Positions 1 to 8,851 of a DNA stretch of 64,000 nt are shown here, piece after piece (within the stretch, counting starts at the first letter, position 1; the number at the start of each line of letters is the position of its first letter). The stretch is from positions 13,065 to 77,064 of IMG/VR virus record IMGVR_UViG_3300034683_000117; one strand, given 5' to 3'. The position numbers were made by a program, and so were the translations under genes. This DNA comes from a virus. The notes under the pieces are model-generated. The model was not told the DNA's origin, made no database searches, and was given only the letters and a program-made list of their open reading frames with translations.

Positions 1-656
1 TTACGCGCTTTAACGGTTTCGGTCACATACCCTAAAGGACTACGCAGATCAATATCTCTGTCATTCACAACAGCATCCATAAAATTATCATCTACAAGTA
101 CACTCAGATTAAAGTTAGTTATGTCTTTGTGATCTTGTTTGCAGGTAATAAACTTCTTGATATCGGCATGGTATACATCCATTACTATGATACCTGCACC
201 GCGACGTCTTGCTTGCATGACAACATCTAGCGTAGTATTGAATATTTTCATAAATGATACTGGGCCGGATGATTTACCGCCTGTTGAACCTATAGGTGCG
301 CCTTCTTCGCGCAATCGGCTGACGTTTAACCCGATGCCGCCACCCATTTTGGTCACATTAGCAGCACGCTTATTTACATCAAATATTGAGTTTAAGTCAT
401 CTTCAATCTGGCCGATAACAAAACACGAACTGAACATATTATTGCGCCCAGCGTTCATCAAAAATGGAGTAGCGGGAATCCAATAACCTTCTATCATCGT
501 ATCATAAAAACGTTTTGTCCAATATTCCCGATCTTCTTCTTTTTCTGCTTGAGCAATAGTTTTCGCCACACGCATAAACATTTGTTCGGGTGTTTCACCA
601 TCTAGCAGATAATCTTGTTTGAGCAAATTCATTGCTACATCATTAATCTTATACAT
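1..656 (-). CDS. nrdJ: Ribonucleotide reductase, probably class II (adenosylcobalamin-dependent); N-terminal part, runs off the window
   Basis: Not in the ORF track. Manual translation from ATG at 656 (GGAGG RBS): MYKINDVAMNLLKQDYL..ETPEQMFMRVA..PATPFLMNAG..SSCFV..GGGIGLNVSRLREEGAPI..GKSSGPVSFM..QARRRGA, all RNR large-subunit motifs. Confidence 0.85.
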   Translation of the reverse strand, partial: MYKINDVAMNLLKQDYLLDGETPEQMFMRVAKTIAQAEKEEDREYWTKRFYDTMIEGYWIPATPFLMNAGRNNMFSSCFVIGQIEDDLNSIFDVNKRAANVTKMGGGIGLNVSRLREEGAPIGSTGGKSSGPVSFMKIFNTTLDVVMQARRRGAGIIVMDVYHADIKKFITCKQDHKDITNFNLSVLVDDNFMDAVVNDRDIDLRSPLGYVTETVKAR

Positions 657-671
657 ATTTCCTCCTTACAC

Positions 672-1079
672 TTATAAAATTGATATATATTCACAAGCCT
701 CGGTTAAGTTATCTGATATGATGTCTATATTCCCTATTAACCAAGGGTGATTTAACTGCTGGACATCACCAATAGCAATAACTAATTTACCAATAGTGTG
801 AGCATATATAACCTCTCCAAGAGTACCAATACTAGTTTTGGCCTCGGGTAACGTAAAATCTGCTAATAATATATCGGAAATATTGATTTGGTACTTATTA
901 GAAACAAAAATTAGTTGTGGATCATATTGTTCTGGGTTATCAATATCAAACCCGCACAATGGATCAATAAATGATATATCATACATAGCTAATGTGTTTT
1001 TGATATTGGTGCGATACTGGTTGACTATACCAGTCGGTAATCCGCTTAATGGTCCTGCGATATAAACCCTTTTCTGCAC
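672..1079 (-). CDS. Nucleoside 2-deoxyribosyltransferase family protein
   Basis: VYIAGP, D(ILLAD), SIGTLGEVIYA..GK motifs; adjacent to RNR. Confidence 0.8.
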   Translation of the reverse strand: MQKRVYIAGPLSGLPTGIVNQYRTNIKNTLAMYDISFIDPLCGFDIDNPEQYDPQLIFVSNKYQINISDILLADFTLPEAKTSIGTLGEVIYAHTIGKLVIAIGDVQQLNHPWLIGNIDIISDNLTEACEYISIL

Positions 1080-1122
1080 ACTTGAACCTTCTTTCTAAAT
1101 ATTATCTATCCCTTATAGTATA

Positions 1123-1151
1123 ATTATATCATACGATACTCTGATTGTCAA
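1123..1151 (-). promoter_or_regulatory. sigmaA promoter, copy 1 of a repeated ~55-bp promoter/operator unit
   Basis: TTGACA-ATCAGAGTATCGTATGA-TATAAT, 17-nt spacer with extended TG. Confidence 0.85.
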
Positions 1152-1180
1152 GCGTTATTTTAGTGAAGCATAAAACATTA

Positions 1181-1360
1181 TTAACAAAATGGTGTTACTT
1201 TACATATTTTATTGGCAAATTCCGTTTTCTTATTTCGTTCATTGCCTTATCATAGACCGAGTGGCTTAAATATGCGGTATTAAACAGCACTATGTCGGTA
1301 TTATCAAATATTGCCGTGTCAAAGTTTTTGGCATCTGCGCTAATAAATATAAAATTAATG
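1181..1360 (-). pseudogene. 5'-truncated fragment resembling DUF2325
   Basis: Frame reads FISADAKNFDTAIFDNTDIVLFNTAYLSHSVYDKAMNEIRKRNLP; closed upstream by TAA inside the 1349-1366 palindrome. Confidence 0.45.
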
Positions 1361-1483
1361 TTTTATCCATAAAAATCATGGTACAAGGAGGGCAAACGCA
1401 AACATAGTATGAATTCTATATCCATACCATGCTATACTTACATATGATAATTAGAACAATATACCTAATTATCTGAATTAAAC

Positions 1484-1717
1484 CTATATCTTAACTTTAT
1501 GCATCAAAAAATCTATTATATAATCGCAACCATTTTCTACATGCGGTAAATTACAATTACTGCAATCCTTAATACCGTTGGATAATATGATATAGTTTCC
1601 TTGGCACTCATAATTGTATAGTGGACAATAACAAAATAAACAATTTAGCGTATCTATATCATGGCATGGGAAAAATTGACATTCTGTATTTGCAAAATAT
1701 CTATATGAATTCTGCAT
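1484..1717 (-). CDS. Cysteine-rich small domain protein (zf-like)
   Basis: N..CQFFPCH..NCLFCYCPLY..C.G..GIKDCSNCNLPH signature. Confidence 0.8.
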   Translation of the reverse strand: MQNSYRYFANTECQFFPCHDIDTLNCLFCYCPLYNYECQGNYIILSNGIKDCSNCNLPHVENGCDYIIDFLMHKVKI

Positions 1718-1730
1718 TGCATACTCCGAT

Positions 1731-2510
1731 CTATTGTGTTATAAACCTATCTTTACCCTTTCGGCAATACTCAATTTCTTTCTCTATGCATATCCACCTT
1801 CTGTTTGTGTTCTCTGCCGCAACACCTGTTGTGCATACGCCCGCTGTATTGTCTAATACCAAATCATCTAGATTAGAATATGTTTTAATTAGATATTCAA
1901 GCAATGCAACAGGCTTTTGTGTAGGGTGCAAATTAGATTTATAATGTATATTATCTCTGGCAAATTTCAAAACTGTTGTTGGTGTTCTTTTGCCATCATT
2001 GACCCATAAGCCTGAATTGTCTGATTTAAAATTTAAATCTTCGTCGTTATTATTTCTATAATTCTTTTTAATATAAGGTTCACCATGCAAATATTGAATA
2101 TTATAAGTTGGTTGATGTTTATAAAAAAACAATATATTCTCATGTGCGTTTAAAAACTTGCGATTAGCGTTGCCGAAATCCGTTCCTTTATCTTTTTGCC
2201 AAATAGCTTCATATCTAAATAATTGCAAATTGGAATTAACTAATTGGCTAGTAAAAGGTTGCTTAGCGAATAATATTATAGCTCCATTGTCTTTAATAAT
2301 GCGTTCATATTGTTCCCACAACTTATCTAACGGTAATATACTGTCCCACTTACACTTTGTCGTACCGTAAGGTAAATCTGCTAGTATTAAATCTATGCTT
2401 TTATTAGGTATATATGGGAATATATTAAAACAATCATCATTGATTATAACGCCATAATCAGTTTGAAAATATATGTTTAGAAACCAAGATGTGAACTCTA
2501 TAATTTTCAC
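1731..2510 (-). CDS. DNA amino-methyltransferase (N6_N4_Mtase, beta class)
   Basis: ILADLPYG (motif IV), HPTQKPVALLEYLI, VLDNTAG (atypical motif I). Confidence 0.9.
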   Translation of the reverse strand: MKIIEFTSWFLNIYFQTDYGVIINDDCFNIFPYIPNKSIDLILADLPYGTTKCKWDSILPLDKLWEQYERIIKDNGAIILFAKQPFTSQLVNSNLQLFRYEAIWQKDKGTDFGNANRKFLNAHENILFFYKHQPTYNIQYLHGEPYIKKNYRNNNDEDLNFKSDNSGLWVNDGKRTPTTVLKFARDNIHYKSNLHPTQKPVALLEYLIKTYSNLDDLVLDNTAGVCTTGVAAENTNRRWICIEKEIEYCRKGKDRFITQ

Positions 2511-2535
2511 CCCCTAATACTTGTTAAAATTAAGG

Positions 2536-3789
2536 TTAAAATAAGTCGCATCCTTGTCGTTTAAAATCTTCTACATATTTATTCCATGTGTTTTCATCCA
2601 TACCATATTGTTTTTTTAAGCATTTTTTGCAATAAAATATATTAGTTTGTCTACCATTAAGTTTAAGATTCATAGCTATAACTTGACTTCTATTAATCTT
2701 TTTACCACATTCAATACATGTATGATTGAAAAATCTTTGAGCAACCTGATAATCTAATCCTTTATATTCCGCAAATTCTTGTATTACTTTATCGGACGGT
2801 TCGTTGGTAAATACGCCTAATTTCCAACCCCCATTCAGGAATTGTTGTAAAGTACAATGTAAGGCTATCCATAATTCCTTCGATGTAAAATAATCAATTA
2901 GTAATTGGTTCCATCGTTCTATAGTTTTAGGGAACCAGTATCGATTTAACGCATCTTCAAGATGCGTTAAAAATGGACATACAACACAACCACATCGTTT
3001 ATATCCGTATCTATACATTGGATTAAAATTTAAATTTTGATAAAATATATACAACCATATATCTAATTCGTCCCATTGCCTAATTGGTAGTCCGGCCATC
3101 CAGTTTTCTGGATAATAAGAATATCTATATTCAGTAGTATAATCTGCTCTTGTTTTACTCTCTGAATTACGCACACCCATAAATAAAAGATATTCTTTAT
3201 GAGTATCTAAATTTTTAGTAGTCAATTCATGCTTAAATTTAGCACAACACCCTCTGCTATGTTGACTCGGAACAAAGTTACTCCTTTTTATCCATTGCCA
3301 AAATCCTTCTTTAGGATTTACTATCCAAACATTATCAAAAGATTTAATAAACTTATAGGTGTCAGCAGATTCGTTTGATGTATTATTAAACATAATTTGT
3401 ATAGTTGGATCTACGCTGCGTACAATATTGGTTAATACTGTACTGTCTTTACCACCACTGTGACAAATATACTTATTATAATCTGCATATTGATCTAGCA
3501 AATATTTTACGGCCTCTATACTGTCTGCTTCTAATTGTTTTAGTCGGTCAATATTAAATTGAACTAAGTCATCCCAAGACATTAATTTGTCATAATTAAT
3601 TGATTTCTTCTGTTTATATGTTATCTTAAAATCATCATCAACATGTAGCCTACCAAAATTTTGCATTTTACCATTTTTATCAAAACCTTCAATATACAAT
3701 CTGTTTTGCCACAGATATCCTTCGCGTAACCCAATGTCTATACCATTGTCTTTTAGAAATGCGATATATTCACTAAAAATTGGTTGCAT
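2536..3789 (-). CDS. PAPS-reductase family protein (PP-loop, Fe-S cysteines, C-terminal Zn ribbon)
   Basis: SGGKDS, RGCCAKFK, GVRNSES..R, RCGCVVCP, CIECG..CKKC. Confidence 0.85.
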   Translation of the reverse strand: MQPIFSEYIAFLKDNGIDIGLREGYLWQNRLYIEGFDKNGKMQNFGRLHVDDDFKITYKQKKSINYDKLMSWDDLVQFNIDRLKQLEADSIEAVKYLLDQYADYNKYICHSGGKDSTVLTNIVRSVDPTIQIMFNNTSNESADTYKFIKSFDNVWIVNPKEGFWQWIKRSNFVPSQHSRGCCAKFKHELTTKNLDTHKEYLLFMGVRNSESKTRADYTTEYRYSYYPENWMAGLPIRQWDELDIWLYIFYQNLNFNPMYRYGYKRCGCVVCPFLTHLEDALNRYWFPKTIERWNQLLIDYFTSKELWIALHCTLQQFLNGGWKLGVFTNEPSDKVIQEFAEYKGLDYQVAQRFFNHTCIECGKKINRSQVIAMNLKLNGRQTNIFYCKKCLKKQYGMDENTWNKYVEDFKRQGCDLF

Positions 3790-3807
3790 AACAACACTCC
3801 TTTTGTA

Positions 3808-3905
3808 ATAAAATTCAGATTTTATAATGAAATTCGTACTGTAGAATGGCTATTTCAAGCCATTCTTACAGCCTAAAAATTTTTTTGTGAACAAAATAAT
3901 TTTAT
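3808..3905. repeat. ~97-bp palindromic intergenic element, copy A (copy B at 60641-60738)
   Basis: Shared GATTTTAT..TGAAATTCGT.CT.TA.AATGGCTATTTCAAGCCATTCTTACA..AAAATAATTTTAT. Confidence 0.85.
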
Positions 3906-4762
3906 GCACCACAATTTGGTGACAACCAGATATTTTCTGTGCGTGGTTGTTTTTGTTTGGCTGAACCTTTCCCTAAAATACCTGTACCTCTAGTTCTGCC
4001 TGCCGCGGTACATGCTGTTTGGAATTCAATGCGTTGCCATCCATTATCTTCTAATACTGTATAACATGGATGATTATATCCCGATAGTACTACTTTGCCT
4101 TTTAGATTAAGCAATATATTAATCAATTCCTCGTGGTCTTGTAATGTCATTTCACAATGATATTTGCCACCCTTTCTGGTATTTGGTATATATGGGGGAT
4201 CGCAATAAAATAATGTTTCTGGTGTATCATATGTTTTGAATATTGTGCGAAAGTCGTTATTCTCAATTTGCACGCGTAACAATCTATCGCTAACCTGTGG
4301 CAACATATCAATAGTAGATAACCACGACGAACATGGACCAGCCATATTGCGGCACGAAGTTGTAACAACATATCCCCAATTACCACTTGTAAAATCACCA
4401 CCAAAGCTCATCCTTGCTACTACAAACCACCTGTATGCACGTTCAATTTCATCATCAATATTTTGCCATGTATCACGACAAAAATAATATTCTTCTCTGC
4501 TATATGGTGTTAAACATACTTTTTGATAAAATTGTTCAAACTTTTCTTTATCGCGTAACACTCGAAAAAAGTTTACTAACCCACTATCTAAATCATTATA
4601 TACTTCAACTTTAGATGGCTCTTTCGCCAGTAATATACTAGCACCGCCACCAAATGGCTCAACATATATATTATGCTGTGGTAATAAAGGTAAAATCTTG
4701 GCTACCATCTTTCCCTTCCCTCCAAACCACCAAATTGGTGAACGTAATCTCTTAGATGCCAT
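3902..4762 (-). CDS. Dam-family (D12) DNA adenine methyltransferase
   Basis: WFGGK, YVEPFGGGA, NDLD, FYCDPPY. Confidence 0.92.
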   Translation of the reverse strand: MASKRLRSPIWWFGGKGKMVAKILPLLPQHNIYVEPFGGGASILLAKEPSKVEVYNDLDSGLVNFFRVLRDKEKFEQFYQKVCLTPYSREEYYFCRDTWQNIDDEIERAYRWFVVARMSFGGDFTSGNWGYVVTTSCRNMAGPCSSWLSTIDMLPQVSDRLLRVQIENNDFRTIFKTYDTPETLFYCDPPYIPNTRKGGKYHCEMTLQDHEELINILLNLKGKVVLSGYNHPCYTVLEDNGWQRIEFQTACTAAGRTRGTGILGKGSAKQKQPRTENIWLSPNCGA

Positions 4763-4771
4763 ACATACCTC

Positions 4772-5650
4772 CTAATAATTTGTGATTAATACTTCTTGCG
4801 TAAACGCAGTGTTATTTTTGCGGTGACTGTTATTATTTGTATAAGCAAAATCAAGATTATGGACTATATACTGTTTTGCCCACTCATTTAATACCGTGTT
4901 TCCTTTATCGCGATACACAGAAACATTACTCAAAGCAAACTTAACATGTTGTGTATTAAGCATATCCAAATATTGATACATACGCATTTCATCATTTATA
5001 GTCCAATTGTTATTTTCTGTATAGGCGGTTACAGTTGGATAATACGGAGGGTCAAGATACACAAAATCATCTTGATTGAATTGGTTAAATTCTGTAAAAT
5101 CCTTATTATAAAATTCTATATTTTTGCATTTAGCAGCATAATTAAATTGCTTAAATCTATCTCGCATGTTTTGACTAAAACTTCTATTGCCACAAGATTG
5201 ATTAAACAAGCCACTACGATTAAATCTAATACTGTAGTTTAAAGAAAAACATGATAAGATAAATAATAACCTTGGTGATGGGTTTTGATTATAGACCATG
5301 TCTCGAAAATAATAATATTCTTTTTTAGTGTTTTTACCTAAATTATATTGCTGGATGATCGTGTCGATTATATTTAATTCCTTATCAACATCGCAAGTAG
5401 CTAAATATTGGACTAATTCAGCAATAAATTTGTTTCCATCATTATAAACAATCTTATTTGCGTTAACATTAATCGCAACATTACATCCACCACCAAACAA
5501 ATCATAAAAAATATTAATATGCTCTGGGAATAGTGGCAATATTTGTGGTAACAGCTTAAACTTACCGCCAGTATAGTTAAGTGGAGATTTAACTAATTGT
5601 AAAGAATCAAAATATATTTTAATACCCCCATTCGAAGTTACATAGAACAT
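4772..5650 (-). CDS. Dam-family DNA adenine methyltransferase (T4-Dam-like)
   Basis: SPLNYTGGK, DLFGGG, IRFNRSG.FN, VYLDPPY, EVLITNY. Confidence 0.9.
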   Translation of the reverse strand: MFYVTSNGGIKIYFDSLQLVKSPLNYTGGKFKLLPQILPLFPEHINIFYDLFGGGCNVAINVNANKIVYNDGNKFIAELVQYLATCDVDKELNIIDTIIQQYNLGKNTKKEYYYFRDMVYNQNPSPRLLFILSCFSLNYSIRFNRSGLFNQSCGNRSFSQNMRDRFKQFNYAAKCKNIEFYNKDFTEFNQFNQDDFVYLDPPYYPTVTAYTENNNWTINDEMRMYQYLDMLNTQHVKFALSNVSVYRDKGNTVLNEWAKQYIVHNLDFAYTNNNSHRKNNTAFTQEVLITNY

Positions 5651-5703
5651 TTGCAGAGATTTGCACTCTGATAACCTACAACTCTGTAAACCACAAAATA
5701 GTA

Positions 5704-6630
5704 CTAATTAAGAAACGTTTTAGCTAGTCTGTTATTAGCAATATCAATATACTCTGGGTTAATTTCAAAGCCTATATAATTCCTGTGTAACCTTTGCGCT
5801 ACTACAGCAACTGTACCACTACCCATAAACGGGTCAAGTACAACTCCACCTTCTGGGCATCCTGCTAATATACATAGCTCTGCCAATGCTTCCGGGAATA
5901 CTGCAAAGTGTGCGCCTTTAAACGGCCTCGTTGGAATACTCCATACCGATCTCTTGTTACGCACTGGTACGCCATCTTTCCATTGCCAACGTTCATGCCC
6001 CCTATTCGCAAGTTTCTGTTGTTGACCATCTGGCATAATAGATGTATGGTATTTACTACTTCCGTGCATTTTTGTATCGTGTCGGCCATCATATGCCGCT
6101 GGTTCTTGTATAGCTACATAATCAAAATAGTATTTAGGAGATTTGGCCAATAAGAATATATGTTCATGAGCTGTATTACACCTATCTTTAACAGATGATG
6201 GCATTGCATTGGGCTTGTGCCATATAATGTCCTGCCGTAAATACCAGCCGTCATTGCGCAAAGCGAACGCAACCAACCATGGAATACCTATTAAATCTTT
6301 CCGCTTATAACCTGCTAATCCTCCTGTGCCACAATAACTATCTCCTAAATTTAACCATAACGTGCCATCTTTACGTAACACACGTTTTGCTTCACGAAAA
6401 ATTTGAACCAATTGATCTACATATTGTTCTGGCGAACTCTCTAATCCAATTTGACCATCAATACCATAATCTCTTAGAGCATAATACGGAGGTGATGTGA
6501 CTATGCAATTAATACTATTGTCTAACAATTGTTGTAATCCATGTAAACAATCCATATTATAAATTTGATTTAATTCTAACATTGTTGTCTCCCAATCAAT
6601 ATAAATACTCTTGTATTGAAGATGCGACAA
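5704..6630 (-). CDS. DNA amino-methyltransferase (beta class, SPPY; N4C or N6A)
   Basis: VTSPPYY, IWHKPN.MP, HFAVFP, VLDPFMGSGT; true start probably MLELNQ. Confidence 0.92.
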   Translation of the reverse strand: MSHLQYKSIYIDWETTMLELNQIYNMDCLHGLQQLLDNSINCIVTSPPYYALRDYGIDGQIGLESSPEQYVDQLVQIFREAKRVLRKDGTLWLNLGDSYCGTGGLAGYKRKDLIGIPWLVAFALRNDGWYLRQDIIWHKPNAMPSSVKDRCNTAHEHIFLLAKSPKYYFDYVAIQEPAAYDGRHDTKMHGSSKYHTSIMPDGQQQKLANRGHERWQWKDGVPVRNKRSVWSIPTRPFKGAHFAVFPEALAELCILAGCPEGGVVLDPFMGSGTVAVVAQRLHRNYIGFEINPEYIDIANNRLAKTFLN

Positions 6631-6982
6631 TAGACTGAATTAGGCCATCAATGTCAGTGAACTTAATGGCTAATATATTTCGCATATATTCGGTTAGTTG
6701 GCATTGCACCATATGGCAAATTTGCGGGGATAATTGCGTTAATATGTTGGTCCCAGACGCAGTTTCAATGCGTATTTTACGCTCCTGCACCAGTTGAGCT
6801 ATAATATCTTCCGTAAGCAAACGAATATTATCAACAGTGTCGTCAACTAACTGACTAACGTTTTGATTGCTAATTATTTCAATTTCTATAGTTGATTTTT
6901 GCATTAATAGGTGAATATAAAATGTAGCATATATACCGAATATAACGCCAACACCTAATAGTAATTCGATTAAAAGTTGCAT
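6596..6982 (-). CDS. Hypothetical membrane-anchored protein
   Basis: N-terminal hydrophobic helix, AGGAG RBS. Confidence 0.6.
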   Translation of the reverse strand: MQLLIELLLGVGVIFGIYATFYIHLLMQKSTIEIEIISNQNVSQLVDDTVDNIRLLTEDIIAQLVQERKIRIETASGTNILTQLSPQICHMVQCQLTEYMRNILAIKFTDIDGLIQSIVASSIQEYLY

Positions 6983-7045
6983 ATTACACTCTCCTTGTTC
7001 TAATAGTTGTATTTATATATCTGATACTTGTATTGAAACATATAT

Positions 7046-7918
7046 TTAGAAACGATTATGACACTGACCCCAATATCCACACCATTTGGGCGAACATAAA
7101 AAATTATCTTGTTCTTTCGGGTAGAATATTTCATTTTTTATACTATTTACGACACCGTGTGCCGTATTAATAAATCGGTTTATATCAGTCTGTGTCCTGT
7201 ATGTTTCCATACGAATAATTTTAGGCTGTTTAGTTTTAACTAAACAATCTAATGCTAACTTAACGGGGACTCCACCGTATAAATAATTATAGGCTAATGC
7301 GTAAGCCGACAATTGTAAATCAGTTTGCACATGATTGTCTGTAGGAGTTTTTTTATATACTTTATGGTCTATTACCTGTTGTTTGTCGTCTACTAAGTCA
7401 ATATACCCCAGTAGAGGCACATCTTCAGCAATTTCTGGTATAATAATAGTGAACTCTTTTTCAACTGCAACAGGCTGAATCATAGGCGCATGAGTACGCT
7501 GGTATAAATCTACAATAGCTACACCAGTATCTTTCAGTTCCCCAGGTTTTTCATCTTCTGTAAATTGTGTTTCTGCCGCACCTTTATCGAACACATCGGC
7601 AAAAACTTCTTTAACATCTTCAACAGGTAAATCTTCATGAGTATCTATCTTTTGTGAATAATTGTATTCAAATGCTTCATGCACACTCTTACCCAATGTC
7701 AATGCCCCAGACGGGGGTATTTTTAATCCCTCCACATACCGAAAATAATACTGTGCTGGGCATCGTAAATACATATTAATTTGTGTCACCGATATATGTT
7801 CTTGTGGAAAATTCATTGCTTTTACCTCATACTTTCTGTTTAAAATTTTTGTATAATATTTCCCATATATCTTTTCTATCGCAAGGCGATTCTTTACTCT
7901 GTAATAATCCCCATTCAT
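7046..7918 (-). CDS. PD-(D/E)XK RecB/Cas4-like exonuclease
   Basis: IS.TQI..Y..CP, GYIDL, IDHK, Q...Y, C-terminal C..WC.Y..QC Fe-S ligands; likely start MNFPQ. Confidence 0.85.
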   Translation of the reverse strand: MNGDYYRVKNRLAIEKIYGKYYTKILNRKYEVKAMNFPQEHISVTQINMYLRCPAQYYFRYVEGLKIPPSGALTLGKSVHEAFEYNYSQKIDTHEDLPVEDVKEVFADVFDKGAAETQFTEDEKPGELKDTGVAIVDLYQRTHAPMIQPVAVEKEFTIIIPEIAEDVPLLGYIDLVDDKQQVIDHKVYKKTPTDNHVQTDLQLSAYALAYNYLYGGVPVKLALDCLVKTKQPKIIRMETYRTQTDINRFINTAHGVVNSIKNEIFYPKEQDNFLCSPKWCGYWGQCHNRF

Positions 7919-8837
7919 CTTTTATAGTGTAAATATTTGTAATATTAACAGGTAATTTGAGTTTATCAATATTACTCTGTAATTCTTCGTCAGTTACATC
8001 TTGGTCGAGCGCAAATACTATGTCAACATTCATCCGTAATAATTTTTCTGCCTGAGCATCTGATAACTCCTTCCCTCCAATCGCAACTGCGTTGTGATAA
8101 CCAAAAGAATCTAGCTTTAATACAGATTTTTCGGCTTCTACCACAATACACTCATGCTGTTTGGTAATTGCATCTTGGTTTTGATAATACCCATACAATA
8201 TTTGTGATTTAGGACAAGGATATAGATACAAGTATTTAGGTTCTATATTATCTATTGCCCTGCCCTTCACACCTACTAATTGGCCAAATTCATCACGAAT
8301 AGGAATAACTATACGCTCACTATCTATATCTATGCAAATCTCAAATTTATTTTGGGTATTGCAACAAATACCCTCATTATACCATATAATATGTGGTATT
8401 TTGATGTATTGTGTGAGTATATTTTCAGGTAAAATAGTCATTTTATTGAAATCATCTTTTTTGTTATTTTCTACAAAATTTAACCATTTTAAAATCTCTG
8501 GAACCCCGTCATCTTGCGATATATACGCTATATCACATACTTGACATATAATATCTATTGCTTGTGTGAACCCACAATTTTTTGTATATTGCACAAAAGA
8601 AACAATGTCTTTGTATGCATAATTATGCATAAATTCTGGACGTGTATAATCATTAACATTCCACTTATCAGTATATACACATACCGCGTTAGGATTATCT
8701 CCATCAGGGTTAGAGCATCGTATCTGGCCGCGATGTACTGTAATATGTTGGCAACCAAGATACTCAAGCAACCCAAGCGCCTTATCAATATCAAGTTGCC
8801 GCTTAACATCACTGGCCAGCAAGACCTCACCACCCAT
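7827..8837 (-). CDS. DNA primase (Toprim), SPbeta YorJ-like
   Basis: RIVIPIRD..GVKGR, KYLY, IVVEAEKS, ALDQD; downstream of helicase. Confidence 0.88.
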   Translation of the reverse strand: MGGEVLLASDVKRQLDIDKALGLLEYLGCQHITVHRGQIRCSNPDGDNPNAVCVYTDKWNVNDYTRPEFMHNYAYKDIVSFVQYTKNCGFTQAIDIICQVCDIAYISQDDGVPEILKWLNFVENNKKDDFNKMTILPENILTQYIKIPHIIWYNEGICCNTQNKFEICIDIDSERIVIPIRDEFGQLVGVKGRAIDNIEPKYLYLYPCPKSQILYGYYQNQDAITKQHECIVVEAEKSVLKLDSFGYHNAVAIGGKELSDAQAEKLLRMNVDIVFALDQDVTDEELQSNIDKLKLPVNITNIYTIKDEWGLLQSKESPCDRKDIWEILYKNFKQKV

Positions 8838-8851
8838 CTATTATATATTAA

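Noticed and set aside
139-486. Plus-strand ORF, and other antisense ORFs such as 16684-17103, 49878-50471, 56988-57449
   Set aside because: Shadows of well-supported genes on the opposite strand.
2536-3789. Complete Dnd/Ssp phosphorothioation system
   Set aside because: No DndA/B/D/E or SspA/B/C homologues in the window.
7046-7918. CRISPR adaptation module
   Set aside because: Solo Cas4-like nuclease in a replication operon; no cas1/cas2 or array.
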